34,270 nt of DNA from a bacterium (GTDB lineage Bacteria; Zhuqueibacterota; Zhuqueibacteria; Zhuqueibacterales; Zhuqueibacteraceae): the NCBI GenBank assembly GCA_044869275.1, contig JBIOXB010000148.1:1-34270 (forward strand), written 5' to 3'. Under the pieces are notes generated by a model. The model saw nothing but the letters and a program-made list of their open reading frames with translations. It did not search any database and had not been told where the DNA came from. Position 1 is the stretch's first letter; each line of letters opens with the position of its first letter. Below are positions 1 through 8,736 of the stretch, piece after piece. The translations under genes and the position numbers were made by a program.

Positions 1-56
1 TGCCGCGGCCATCAGCTCGGGCGAAAAAAAAGATAACACAAACAAAGGAGAATGAC

Positions 57-692
57 TTGAAACTATTCAAACTGTTCTTACCCGCCGCCTTCACGGTGCT
101 CGCACTCGCCGGCGATGCCGGCGCGCAACTCGGACAGCAGCAGGGTTTGCTCGATCCGAATCTCGCCGCCGAAAAAGAGTTGCTGGCGCTCCCGGGCCTC
201 AATGCGACGATCGTCAAAGAGATGATGGCACGCCGCCCCTTTTTGAGCATGGCAGATCTGCACGCCTTTCTCAGTCCATCGCTTAAGCAGGAACAGCTCA
301 GCGCATTGTATGGAAAGCTGTTCCTCCATCTCAATCTCAACGCCGCGAGTGAGGAAGAAATCATGATGATCCCCGGCGTCGGCAAGCGCCTCGCGCACGA
401 ATTTGAAGAGTACCGGCCATATAAATCTCTCGTGCAGTTTCGCAAAGAAATCGGCAAGTACGTGGATGCGAAGGAAGTGACGCGTCTCGAGCAATACGTT
501 TTCGTGCCGGTCAATCTGAACACCGCCAGCGATGCGGACATTCTCAGCATTCCCGGCAGCGGCAAACGCGTGCTGCACGAGTTCAAAGAATACCGGCCCT
601 ATAAGAGCATTGAGCAATTCCGCCGTGAGATGGGGAAATACTGGAACGCCAAAGAGGTCGCGCGGCTCGAGCGTTATGTTACTTTGGAGTGA
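57..692 (+). CDS. Secreted helix-hairpin-helix (ComEA-like HhH) repeat protein
   Basis: TTG start preceded by an AAAGGAG RBS. N-terminal signal peptide (MKLFKLFLPAAFTVLALAGDAGA). Three HhH-type units: LDPNLAAEKELLALPGL, LNLNAASEEEIMMIPGVGKR and VNLNTASDADILSIPGSGKR. Confidence 0.8.
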   Translation: MKLFKLFLPAAFTVLALAGDAGAQLGQQQGLLDPNLAAEKELLALPGLNATIVKEMMARRPFLSMADLHAFLSPSLKQEQLSALYGKLFLHLNLNAASEEEIMMIPGVGKRLAHEFEEYRPYKSLVQFRKEIGKYVDAKEVTRLEQYVFVPVNLNTASDADILSIPGSGKRVLHEFKEYRPYKSIEQFRREMGKYWNAKEVARLERYVTLE

Positions 693-895
693 GCGCGAGC
701 TGCAAAAGGTGCCGTTGCGAGTCTTGGAGAAGTTTAGATTTCGCCGAGGCAGTCTCTTCGCCAGCGGCAACGCATAAGTTAGGCTTGCTTTCCGACAAAG
801 CAGGCTCGCCAGGAGGATATTCGCCGTCTTTTCAGATGCCTTCTGAAATCGTTGCCATGGATGCCGGCCCGCCATACTGATCATCAGGAGAAAAC

Positions 896-1963
896 ATGCG
901 AGAAAAGACCAGTTTAGCCATGCTCATGCCGCAATTGTTGTTGTCCACTACCCTTTTCATTTTTAGCCCATCAGGCACACGAGAGCCTGAAAGTGGCGCC
1001 CGCGCGCTTCCCAACAGGATGCCAGCGGCGTCCTTGGCCCGAGAGCAGCAGGCGAAAACGCCAGACAACTTTGTCATCGCCTTCATCGGTGATCAAGGAT
1101 CCGGAAAAAATGCCGAGGCTGTTCTGCAACTGATTAAAAGCGAAAACACTGCGGCCGTGATGCATTCCGGGGATTTCGAGTATCACAACGATCCCGCAGC
1201 CTGGGAGGCGCAAATCAACGCCATCCTTGGGCCCAACTTTCCATACTTCGGATGCGTCGGCAATCATGACAAAGATAAATTCTACGGCGCGGGCGGCTAT
1301 CAAGAGCTTCTGGCCGCGCGCATGCGCCGCCTGGGAATAACCTGGGACGGCGATTTAGGCGTGAAGTCTTCATTTATGTACGAGGGCATCTTCTTCGTCC
1401 TAACCGGCCCGGGTGTTTTTGACTCGGGGCATGCAAAGTACATCAGAAACCAGCTCGCCAAAAGCAATGCGGCCTGGCGCATAAGCAGTTGGCACAAGAA
1501 CATGCAGCTGATGCAGGCCGGGGGCAAATCAAACGAAACAGGATGGGAGGTTTATGAAGAATCCAGAAAAGGCGGCGCCATCATCGCTACCGCCCACGAA
1601 CACTCTTACAGTCGCACGCATTTGTTGAGCAATTGCAAACACCAAACTGTGGCCAGCCGTTCAGATACCTTGGTGCTCACCGCCGATGACCCTGGAACGC
1701 GGGAGGACGAGGGCAAAACCTTTGTCTTTGTTTCCGGGTTGGGAGGAAAAAGCATTCGTGATCAAGAACAGGGCGGCAATTGGTGGGCCAGCATTTATAC
1801 TTCGACGCAGAATGCAAATAGTGGCGCACTTTTCGGTGTCTTTAACTACCAAGGCGAAGCGGGCCTGGCGAAGTTCTATTTCAAAGATATCAACGGCGTC
1901 GTGCCGGATGAATTTTATGTCAAGGTCGATCTCATGAAGTCGAAGGATTGGAGCACAAAGTGA
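896..1963 (+). CDS. Calcineurin-like metallophosphoesterase, probably exported
   Basis: Ordered metal-binding motifs IGDQG, HSGDFEY, VGNHD, SWHK and AHEHSY, plus a hydrophobic N-terminus. Start could be 896 or a nearby downstream ATG. Confidence 0.85.
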   Translation: MREKTSLAMLMPQLLLSTTLFIFSPSGTREPESGARALPNRMPAASLAREQQAKTPDNFVIAFIGDQGSGKNAEAVLQLIKSENTAAVMHSGDFEYHNDPAAWEAQINAILGPNFPYFGCVGNHDKDKFYGAGGYQELLAARMRRLGITWDGDLGVKSSFMYEGIFFVLTGPGVFDSGHAKYIRNQLAKSNAAWRISSWHKNMQLMQAGGKSNETGWEVYEESRKGGAIIATAHEHSYSRTHLLSNCKHQTVASRSDTLVLTADDPGTREDEGKTFVFVSGLGGKSIRDQEQGGNWWASIYTSTQNANSGALFGVFNYQGEAGLAKFYFKDINGVVPDEFYVKVDLMKSKDWSTK

Positions 1964-2029
1964 TCAGACCTATCCCAATCGAATCAAGCCCGAAAGGGGG
2001 ACGAAGCAGGTTATGCGATTGGCTCATCA

Positions 2030-2190
2030 AAGTTAGCTTGACAATATTAAGTTAGAATCGCGGCACCGCAATATGTCATCCCGACACTTCGGGATCTTCC
2101 CCAGGTTTTGGTGCTGGCCTCCAGGGAAGATTCCTACGGAATGACAAATAATAGGGGCTTTATGGCCAACTTAACATCGTCAAGTTACTT
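2030..2190. repeat. Nested inverted-repeat element (MITE/REP-like)
   Basis: Outer imperfect IR: aagttagcttgacaatattaagtt (2030-2053) and aacttaacatcgtcaagttactt (2168-2190). Inner IR: tgtcatcccg..gggatcttccc (2074-2101) and gggaagattcctacggaatgaca (2124-2146). Confidence 0.7.
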
Positions 2191-2219
2191 GAAAGCGAAC
2201 AAATCATGCAGACAAAGAG

Positions 2220-4580
2220 GTGATTTTGCAAAAGTCTCTGATTCTGCTGTTGCTGACCGCCGGCTTGATGCCATGCGCATTTGGCCAGGACCGGCAGCAT
2301 GCAACCATTAGCGGTTTCGTTTATGATGCCGCCAGCGGCGAGGCATTAATTGGGGCAAATGTTTATTTGGATAAGACTCAAATCGGCGGCAGCACCAACA
2401 GCAGCGGCTATTTCGTCATTCCCCGCATCCCATTAGGCACCTACACCTTGACGGCACACTACCTCGGATACCAGGCTTCCCATCAAGAGGTGGCGCTGCT
2501 GGCGGGAAACGAAAAAAAGACCATTGCGATAAGATTGCAGGCGGAAGACCTGGTCACGGCAGAAGTCGTCGTCACCGACGAAGCAATCTCTGCCGCGGAA
2601 AGGCAATACCAAAAAGAGCTTTCCAAAATCGAACTTTCGCCCCGGCAGATCAATCAGATTCCACAAGTGGCGGAGGCAGATTTACTGCGGTCTCTGCAAA
2701 CGCTGCCTGGCGTTTTGCCTGTATCTGATTTTTCCTCCGCGCTTTATGTCCGGGGCGGCACTCCGGATCAAAATCTCTATTTAATGGATGGCACGGACGT
2801 TTACAATCCCGAACATGCTTTCGGCCTGTTCTCCACATTCAATACCGATGCCATCAAACAGATCGAGCTTTTCAAGGGCGGCTTCGGGGCCAAGTACGGC
2901 GGGCGTTTGTCTTCCGTTCTCAGCATAACGAATCTGGATGGCAATCGCGAGCATTTCGCCGGCACCGCCTCCCTCAGCACGCTGAGCGCCAAGACGACGA
3001 TACAAATGCCCATGGGTAATCTGGGCTCGCTCTCAGGCTCTCTGCGCCGCACTTACTTTGACCAGACCGTGGCCAGGTTCGTGTCGGATGTGCCCGACTA
3101 TTATTTCTTCGATGGCAACCTCAAAGCCTTCTTTGACCTCGACGATAACAATAAACTGACCCTCAGCGGCTATGGCAGCACCGACAAGCTGGACTTCATC
3201 TTGAATCAAAACGCGAAAGATCAGGCCGGCATTCGATATGATTGGGGCAACCGCACCGGCAGCATCCGCTGGACGCGCATTTTTTCACCGCAGTTGTTTG
3301 CCAACTTCTGGCTGACGGGCAGCCGTTTCGATTCTGATGCCGATTTCAGCCAGCTTTTTGATTATGTATTTACGGAAAAAAACTTCATCTCTGATTTTTC
3401 GCTCAAAGGCGACCTGGAGTACTATCTCTCGGATGCGTTCACGGCAAGAGTGGGCTTTGAACAAAAAAATCTGCATCTGCTTTTCAGGCATCAAGAACAA
3501 GGCGGACTTGTTGACATCGACAGGCGGGCACGCCACTATGCGGCCTATCTTTCCGGCAACTGGCAGCCATCCCCGCGCTGGGATTTTGAGGCGGGTCTGC
3601 GCTACAACGTGTTCGACGGCGAAGAGAATTTCAAAAACCTGGAACCGCGTTTCTCGGCGAAGTATCGTCTCACCGAGGACCTTCACCTGAAGGCCGCCGG
3701 CGGCACGTACTACCAGTATTTGCACAGCGTGCCAAAGGCATTTATTGCAGACAATTGGGTCGCCTCAGACCGCACGCTCGGGGAATCTTCTGCAAAGCAT
3801 GCCATTGCAGGAATCAGCAAGGATTTCTCCGGCGCCTTTCAAATCGAGATAGAAGCCTTTTATAAGGACTATCACAACGTCTATTCTTTCAATGATAATT
3901 TCAGAGTGGATATCACGCCGGAACGCCATGAAGGCGACCTGGCGATTTATACCCAGACCGACGGCATCTTTCATCGCGGTGACGGTGACAGCAGGGGCAT
4001 TGAGCTCTTGTTGCGAAAAGATCTGGGCGTGGTGACGGGTTGGCTGGGTTACAGCCTGGCGCAAACGGAATATCATTTTGACCGCGTGAATCAAGGCAAG
4101 GCCTTCCCGCCACGACACGATCGCAGGCATGTGATCAACATGGTGGGCAATCTTGATTGGAAGAATTTCAGACGAGCGCTCCGTGGCGAGGCGCCTATTT
4201 GGCAAAAATCAAACTGGCGAATCGGGGCTACGTTTGTCTATATGAGCGGGCAACCTCTCACCCTGCCCGGCTCGCACTATTTCGTGAATACCGTGCCGGA
4301 TTGGGATTTTCAAAGCCCCGAAGTCTATCCCGGCGCCATCAATGGGTTCAGACTCCCGCCTTACATACGCCTGGATTTGAGTATTGCTTATGAGAAGCAT
4401 CATCAAAACTGGTCCATCTCTCCGTACCTTCAGATCTTCAATCTGGGATACCGAAAGAATGTGTGGTATGTGGACTATGACGCTGTGCCTGCCAGCTCTG
4501 GTAACGTGCTCAACCCCGTCATCGACCCTATATCTATGTTCCCAATTTTGCCGACCATCGGCGTGAGTTTTCAGTTTTAA
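2220..4580 (+). CDS. TonB-dependent outer-membrane receptor with N-terminal carboxypeptidase-regulatory-like domain
   Basis: GTG start after AGAGG; signal peptide; ISGFVYDAASGEALIGANV domain; plug motifs LQTLPGV, VRGGTPDQNLYLMDG and IELFKGGFGAKYGGRLSSV; beta-strand pattern ending in C-terminal Phe (VSFQF). Confidence 0.93.
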   Translation: MILQKSLILLLLTAGLMPCAFGQDRQHATISGFVYDAASGEALIGANVYLDKTQIGGSTNSSGYFVIPRIPLGTYTLTAHYLGYQASHQEVALLAGNEKKTIAIRLQAEDLVTAEVVVTDEAISAAERQYQKELSKIELSPRQINQIPQVAEADLLRSLQTLPGVLPVSDFSSALYVRGGTPDQNLYLMDGTDVYNPEHAFGLFSTFNTDAIKQIELFKGGFGAKYGGRLSSVLSITNLDGNREHFAGTASLSTLSAKTTIQMPMGNLGSLSGSLRRTYFDQTVARFVSDVPDYYFFDGNLKAFFDLDDNNKLTLSGYGSTDKLDFILNQNAKDQAGIRYDWGNRTGSIRWTRIFSPQLFANFWLTGSRFDSDADFSQLFDYVFTEKNFISDFSLKGDLEYYLSDAFTARVGFEQKNLHLLFRHQEQGGLVDIDRRARHYAAYLSGNWQPSPRWDFEAGLRYNVFDGEENFKNLEPRFSAKYRLTEDLHLKAAGGTYYQYLHSVPKAFIADNWVASDRTLGESSAKHAIAGISKDFSGAFQIEIEAFYKDYHNVYSFNDNFRVDITPERHEGDLAIYTQTDGIFHRGDGDSRGIELLLRKDLGVVTGWLGYSLAQTEYHFDRVNQGKAFPPRHDRRHVINMVGNLDWKNFRRALRGEAPIWQKSNWRIGATFVYMSGQPLTLPGSHYFVNTVPDWDFQSPEVYPGAINGFRLPPYIRLDLSIAYEKHHQNWSISPYLQIFNLGYRKNVWYVDYDAVPASSGNVLNPVIDPISMFPILPTIGVSFQF

Positions 4581-4584
4581 GATT

Positions 4585-4774
4585 GTGACGCAACATTCAT
4601 GTTGCGTGTACGGTTCCTTCTCAACATAAATGTTGAGTTACGGGCAATGTTGAGTTACGGGCATGGCGCGCCAAGACAAATCTTAAAATCGTAACGCAAC
4701 ATTCATGTTGCGCGGACGGTTTCTGCTCAACATAAATGTTGAGTTACGAGCATGCCGCTCCAAGCCAAATCTTA
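4585..4774. repeat. Two tandem REPIN/BIME-like palindromic units
   Basis: Unit GTRACGCAACATTCATGTTGCG-spacer-CTCAACATAAATGTTGAGTTAC starts at 4585 and at 4691. Each half is a hairpin and the halves are inverted relative to each other. Unit 1 has an extra 17-bp duplication, aatgttgagttacgggc (4646-4662). Both units end in ccaag(a/c)caaatctta. Confidence 0.85.
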
Positions 4775-4802
4775 CAGGCGTAACCTTAACGAGTATATCT
4801 TA

Positions 4803-5693
4803 ATGCGCAAATTATTCACTCTACTCATTATTGCCTTGCTGACGCTCATCGCCTGTGGGCAGGGCGATCTTTCCATCACCGAGGCAACGTATCAGCCCAA
4901 GATCGCCATTCAAGCCATCCTTGTACCCGGACAACTCCCACGGGTCAGAGTGAGCAGAAACTTTCCGATGAATGTCGTCATCGATCCCGCGACCATTACC
5001 ATCACAGATGCCCGTCTGACCATCACCGATGACGCCGGCGTCGCGCACTCTCTGCTCTATAACCCACAAACACAGTCCTACGAAGCGCCCCAACTCGAGG
5101 TTGGATACAGCAGAACCTACACGCTCCAAGCAGATGCCAATATCGATGGCCTGTCGTTGCATGCGAGCTCAACGACCACGGTTCCCGACCCCGGTTTTAA
5201 GATATTGGAAGATGAATCCCGGCTGGGCAGCATGGTTTATCGCCAGCGCGATGCTCAAGGAAACGTCATCAATTTCAATCTGGTGTTCGAGCGCTCCCCC
5301 AGCACGGGCTATTACCTGGTTTCGGTCGTCGCTCTCGATGCCGACACTTCCAAGTTCATTTATGATAACCCATACCGCGAGCTCACGGCCGACGAGGTGT
5401 TCGCTGATTTCGAAGAATACAAGTATCTTTACTATTGGGTGCAGGACAAGCCCTTGACGCCAGGCGTGTCCAGCACCGAAATATCTTCCTTGTACACTTT
5501 TTTTTATGGTAATTTTCGCGTCATTCTGTACGCTGCCGACCGAAACCTTCGAGACTTTCAGACCACGCACGAGCGGCTTCAGGGCATCGATGGCAATTAT
5601 CATGAACCGGTATTTCACTTCGAAGGCGAAGGCATTGGAGTATTCGGGTCAGCAGCAGTTGACACGGCTTACTTTGAAATTTTAAGACCATAA
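4803..5693 (+). CDS. Outer-membrane lipoprotein, DUF4249-like, partner of the TonB-dependent receptor
   Basis: Start moved from 4752 (inside the repeat) to ATG 4803, which gives the lipoprotein signal MRKLFTLLIIALLTLIA|C. C-terminal EGEGIGVFGS..VDT motif and position downstream of a TBDR are typical of DUF4249. Confidence 0.75.
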   Translation: MRKLFTLLIIALLTLIACGQGDLSITEATYQPKIAIQAILVPGQLPRVRVSRNFPMNVVIDPATITITDARLTITDDAGVAHSLLYNPQTQSYEAPQLEVGYSRTYTLQADANIDGLSLHASSTTTVPDPGFKILEDESRLGSMVYRQRDAQGNVINFNLVFERSPSTGYYLVSVVALDADTSKFIYDNPYRELTADEVFADFEEYKYLYYWVQDKPLTPGVSSTEISSLYTFFYGNFRVILYAADRNLRDFQTTHERLQGIDGNYHEPVFHFEGEGIGVFGSAAVDTAYFEILRP

Positions 5694-5921
5694 TCGCCAG
5701 AGCAGGCACGAACGGCATCGATACGGGAGGTGCTCTTATTTTCAATGGCTTTACACTCGTTTTAGGGCTACTCTGTAACTTCGAATTTACATTCTTATGA
5801 CTCGACCGTAACAACGCTTTTCGATGGATTTAGTATCTTGCCAGCCAGAAAGAAAAGCTGCCATCACGGGCGTCGTCACATCTTTCAGTTACAGATTAGC
5901 TCTTAAATGAGGAGGCTATCG

Positions 5922-6776
5922 ATGAAGTTCAAAACCGCTCTCCAGGCATTGCTGCTTATCATCGCGGCCGTATCACTCCATCCGAGGAGCAGCTTTTCTC
6001 AGGAGCAGCCGGCTTACTTGCGCGATCGCGGCCCCGGCATTCCGGTATCGATGTTCGGCACGTATGTCCGCCCGGGTGAATTCTTGCTTTATCCATTTTA
6101 CGAGTACTACCACGATAATGACATGGAGTACAAGCCTTCTGACTTTGGCTACGGTCTTGCAGAGGATTATCGCGGCCCCTATCGCGCGCACGAAGGTCTG
6201 ATTTTCATTGGATATGGCATTTCCGACAAAATGGCCTTTGAATTTGAAGCAGCGTACATCTCTGCCGAGCTTGAAAAGGACAAAAATGATCCGTCCGCCA
6301 TGCCCCCCAGAATTGAAGAGTCAGGTCTCGGCGATGTAGAAGGACAAATCAGATGGCGCTGGAATCACGAAAGCGTCTCGAAGCCGGAGTTTTTCAGTTA
6401 TTTTGAAACCGTCTTCCCGACCGGCGAAGATAATAGCCTGATCGGAACGAGCGACTGGCAGTTCAAGCTCGGCACTGGCCTCATCAAAGGCTATAAATGG
6501 GGGACGATGACGTTTCGAGCGGCTGTGGAATATGACGCGGCCGAGGATAAAGTCGACCTGGGTGAATATGCCGTCGAGTATTTAAGGAGAGTGTCAGATC
6601 GAGTTCGTATGTTTGCCATGCTGGAAGGCACGCAAGACGAGGCGGCTTTGTCCCCAGAAATTCAATGGCATTTCAACCGCCATGTATTCCTCAAAGCAAA
6701 CACCGGCATAGCGGTAACTTCGAAAGCGGTTGACTTTGCTCCGGAGGTGGGAATCATGTTTTCACTCTTTCCGTAG
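5922..6776 (+). CDS. Putative outer-membrane beta-barrel protein (transporter-like)
   Basis: GAGGAGG RBS at 5909-5915 favours ATG 5922. Signal peptide, alternating aromatic/hydrophobic strands, SGLGDVEGQIRW motif and C-terminal VGIMFSLFP. Confidence 0.65.
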   Translation: MKFKTALQALLLIIAAVSLHPRSSFSQEQPAYLRDRGPGIPVSMFGTYVRPGEFLLYPFYEYYHDNDMEYKPSDFGYGLAEDYRGPYRAHEGLIFIGYGISDKMAFEFEAAYISAELEKDKNDPSAMPPRIEESGLGDVEGQIRWRWNHESVSKPEFFSYFETVFPTGEDNSLIGTSDWQFKLGTGLIKGYKWGTMTFRAAVEYDAAEDKVDLGEYAVEYLRRVSDRVRMFAMLEGTQDEAALSPEIQWHFNRHVFLKANTGIAVTSKAVDFAPEVGIMFSLFP

Positions 6777-6831
6777 TTGGCTGATGAAAACTCTGTGTGA
6801 GGCCAGGTCCACGAAGCAGGATGTCGCTCCA

Positions 6832-6858
6832 TGTCATTGCCAGGAGCGAAGCGATCTC
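6832..6858 (+). repeat. Degenerate GTCATT-type palindromic repeat remnant
   Basis: tgtcattgccaggagcgaagcgatctc resembles the widespread gtcattgcgag..gaagcaatct intergenic repeat. It has the same tgtcat start as the element at 2074. Confidence 0.45.
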
Positions 6859-6881
6859 TGGTTTTTTCGGTACAGCACGAC

Positions 6882-7742
6882 ATGACCAACACGAGAAAAG
6901 CCCGACACGGAAAGAGTTTTTCAGACGCCGGCCCGGCACAACGGCGCCTCACCCTTTCTATTGTGATCACTTACCTCTTCCTGCCACTCACTTTCTTGAT
7001 TCCCCTCGCAGCTCCGGCGAGGGAATCTCATTTCGATCTCAACTCATGGTTTGCTTTGCTGGCTTATGCCTTCACGGAGACGGGAGGAACGGCAGGCGCG
7101 TCCGTTATCGGCACTCTCCTGCTCCTGCTCCTGGTCACTCGTGCCGGCGTCCCGGGGAGGAGGCGCCGCCTTGAAGCCGGTGTGATCTTTTCCGTCGTCG
7201 CGATTTTGGCCGGTGGAGGTGCGGCTTTCAATGAGTACGTGATAAAACCCACCTTCAAGATGCCACGGCCGCATATTCGGTATCTTGCCGGCAACGAGGG
7301 TTCAGGACCGTTGGGAATGACGGTCAACGAGTTCTATGCCCTGGAAGACAGGGAGACACGCCGCGAACGTTTGCGCACCGTCCTGGAAGCCGATCCTCCC
7401 CCTGTCCGTCTGCCTCGCCTGATTCGAGAGCATTGGATCGAGGTGACGGGTTACTCCTTTCCCTCGGGGCATTCGCTTTCGGCCATGTTCTTTGCGACCT
7501 TTTTCATGGCGATGGGCCTGACCTATCTTTCCATGCCGAGGCGGCTGTTCTGCTACCTCCTGCTGCCATGGGCCGTGTGCGTGTGCTATTCCAGATTCAT
7601 ACTTGGGGTGCACACACCCACGGACATCTCCGTGGGTGGCTTGGAGGGTCTGCTGCTCGGAGCGCTGGCATTCGTGCTGGTAAAGAGAGCCTGGCTGCTG
7701 CAAAGCGCGCAGGGTTTTGGCGAAACCGCATCTCGCGCCTAA
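6882..7742 (+). CDS. PAP2-family membrane phosphatase (PgpB-like)
   Basis: PAP2 motifs KPTFKMPRP (C1), SFPSGH (C2) and SRFILGVHTPTD (C3); several transmembrane segments. Start is uncertain: ATG 6882 is preferred because 6831 lies in the repeat remnant. Confidence 0.88.
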   Translation: MTNTRKARHGKSFSDAGPAQRRLTLSIVITYLFLPLTFLIPLAAPARESHFDLNSWFALLAYAFTETGGTAGASVIGTLLLLLLVTRAGVPGRRRRLEAGVIFSVVAILAGGGAAFNEYVIKPTFKMPRPHIRYLAGNEGSGPLGMTVNEFYALEDRETRRERLRTVLEADPPPVRLPRLIREHWIEVTGYSFPSGHSLSAMFFATFFMAMGLTYLSMPRRLFCYLLLPWAVCVCYSRFILGVHTPTDISVGGLEGLLLGALAFVLVKRAWLLQSAQGFGETASRA

Positions 7743-7812
7743 AACTCACTTAAGCTTTCTCCACTCCAAACTTCCAGTACGAATCGGGCCTATTCTTAGC
7801 TTTCCTTCGTGC

Positions 7813-7962
7813 AACTTTCGCGACTTTCAAACCTCCCATGAATTATTGCAAGGCCTAGATGGCAATTATCATGCACCGGCGTTTCATATCGAGGGCGGCG
7901 GCATTGGCGTATTCGGGTCAGCCGCCGTCGACACCGCTTATTTTGAAGTTTTGCGGCCTTAA
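7813..7962 (+). pseudogene. Orphan 3' fragment duplicating the last 49 codons of the 4803-5693 lipoprotein gene
   Basis: NFRDFQTSHELLQGLDGNYHAPAFHIEGGGIGVFGSAAVDTAYFEVLRP* versus NLRDFQTTHERLQGIDGNYHEPVFHFEGEGIGVFGSAAVDTAYFEILRP* (5544-5693). 40 of 49 residues are identical by manual count, and both are 150 bp including TAA. Confidence 0.9.
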
Positions 7963-8736
7963 ATCCCGGCTTTTGTAGAAACCGAGTTGGAGTTATGGTT
8001 CGTTAGTTTCAAAGCTTTGTCTCTCCCCGCATTTGCCCTCCATACAAATAACCTCCTGGCAGACTACCCACAAGCCGGCAACGGAATTGGCTGGCATTCC
8101 TTCCTTGCGCTTGCTGTTAACTAGACTCCATTCCACACTCCATGATGCTGTTGGGGGACTCTAACAATTCCTGAGATTTGCCAATTCAATAGTAAAACGA
8201 AACAGCTCTGAACTTTTGCATTCAGAGATTAATGGAAACTTTTTCTGCATCGCGGAATTTCTGCCTGTATATGCTACTGCTGCCCGCGCTTAAAGTTGCC
8301 TGAATTTCCCAGAATTCATTGGCACTTCCTTGTCAAGTTGTTTGGCGAACCTCAGCAAATAGCAATGAATGATTCTTGAGCAACATTCTAAAATGATGCC
8401 TTCCCAAGAGCTTTCTTTCACTCTTTCTCAATAGTGACGGTAAGGCGGAGCAGCACCAATCTAGTTTTCAATTCTTTAAGCAGTTTTTCCGTTGTGGTCT
8501 GCAGAACGGATGTGCGGCGGTACAATAACCGCATCATGTCATCGTGTGGACAGAGCGGTTCCCACCTCTTAAATATCTTCATACCCGAATCAAAGGATTG
8601 ATCGGTTTTTTGGCGCACCAAACCTGGTTTTGTCAAAGCTTTTGCTTTGCAGGTTTGGCGGACCGGATCAGTGTTTTCGCTACAGAAAGCTGACCTCGAG
8701 GCTTCGCTGCGGCGAAATCGAACCAAGGGGTGCTGA

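Noticed and set aside
783..805. Hairpin gcttgcttt-ccgac-aaagcaggc as a terminator
   Set aside because: No following U-tract, so a terminator call cannot be supported.
1985..2030. c-di-GMP-I riboswitch-like fragment (gccc-gaaa-ggg-ggacg)
   Set aside because: A GAAA-loop stem is present, but the flanking GCAAA motifs and the second stem cannot be found.
4585..4774. Possible CRISPR array
   Set aside because: Only two units, halves are inverted, intervening sequences resemble each other rather than being unique spacers, and no cas genes are present.
8090..8336. Sigma-54 promoter candidates (tggcattccttccttgc; tggcacttccttgtc)
   Set aside because: The spacing between GG and GC does not match the strict -24/-12 geometry.
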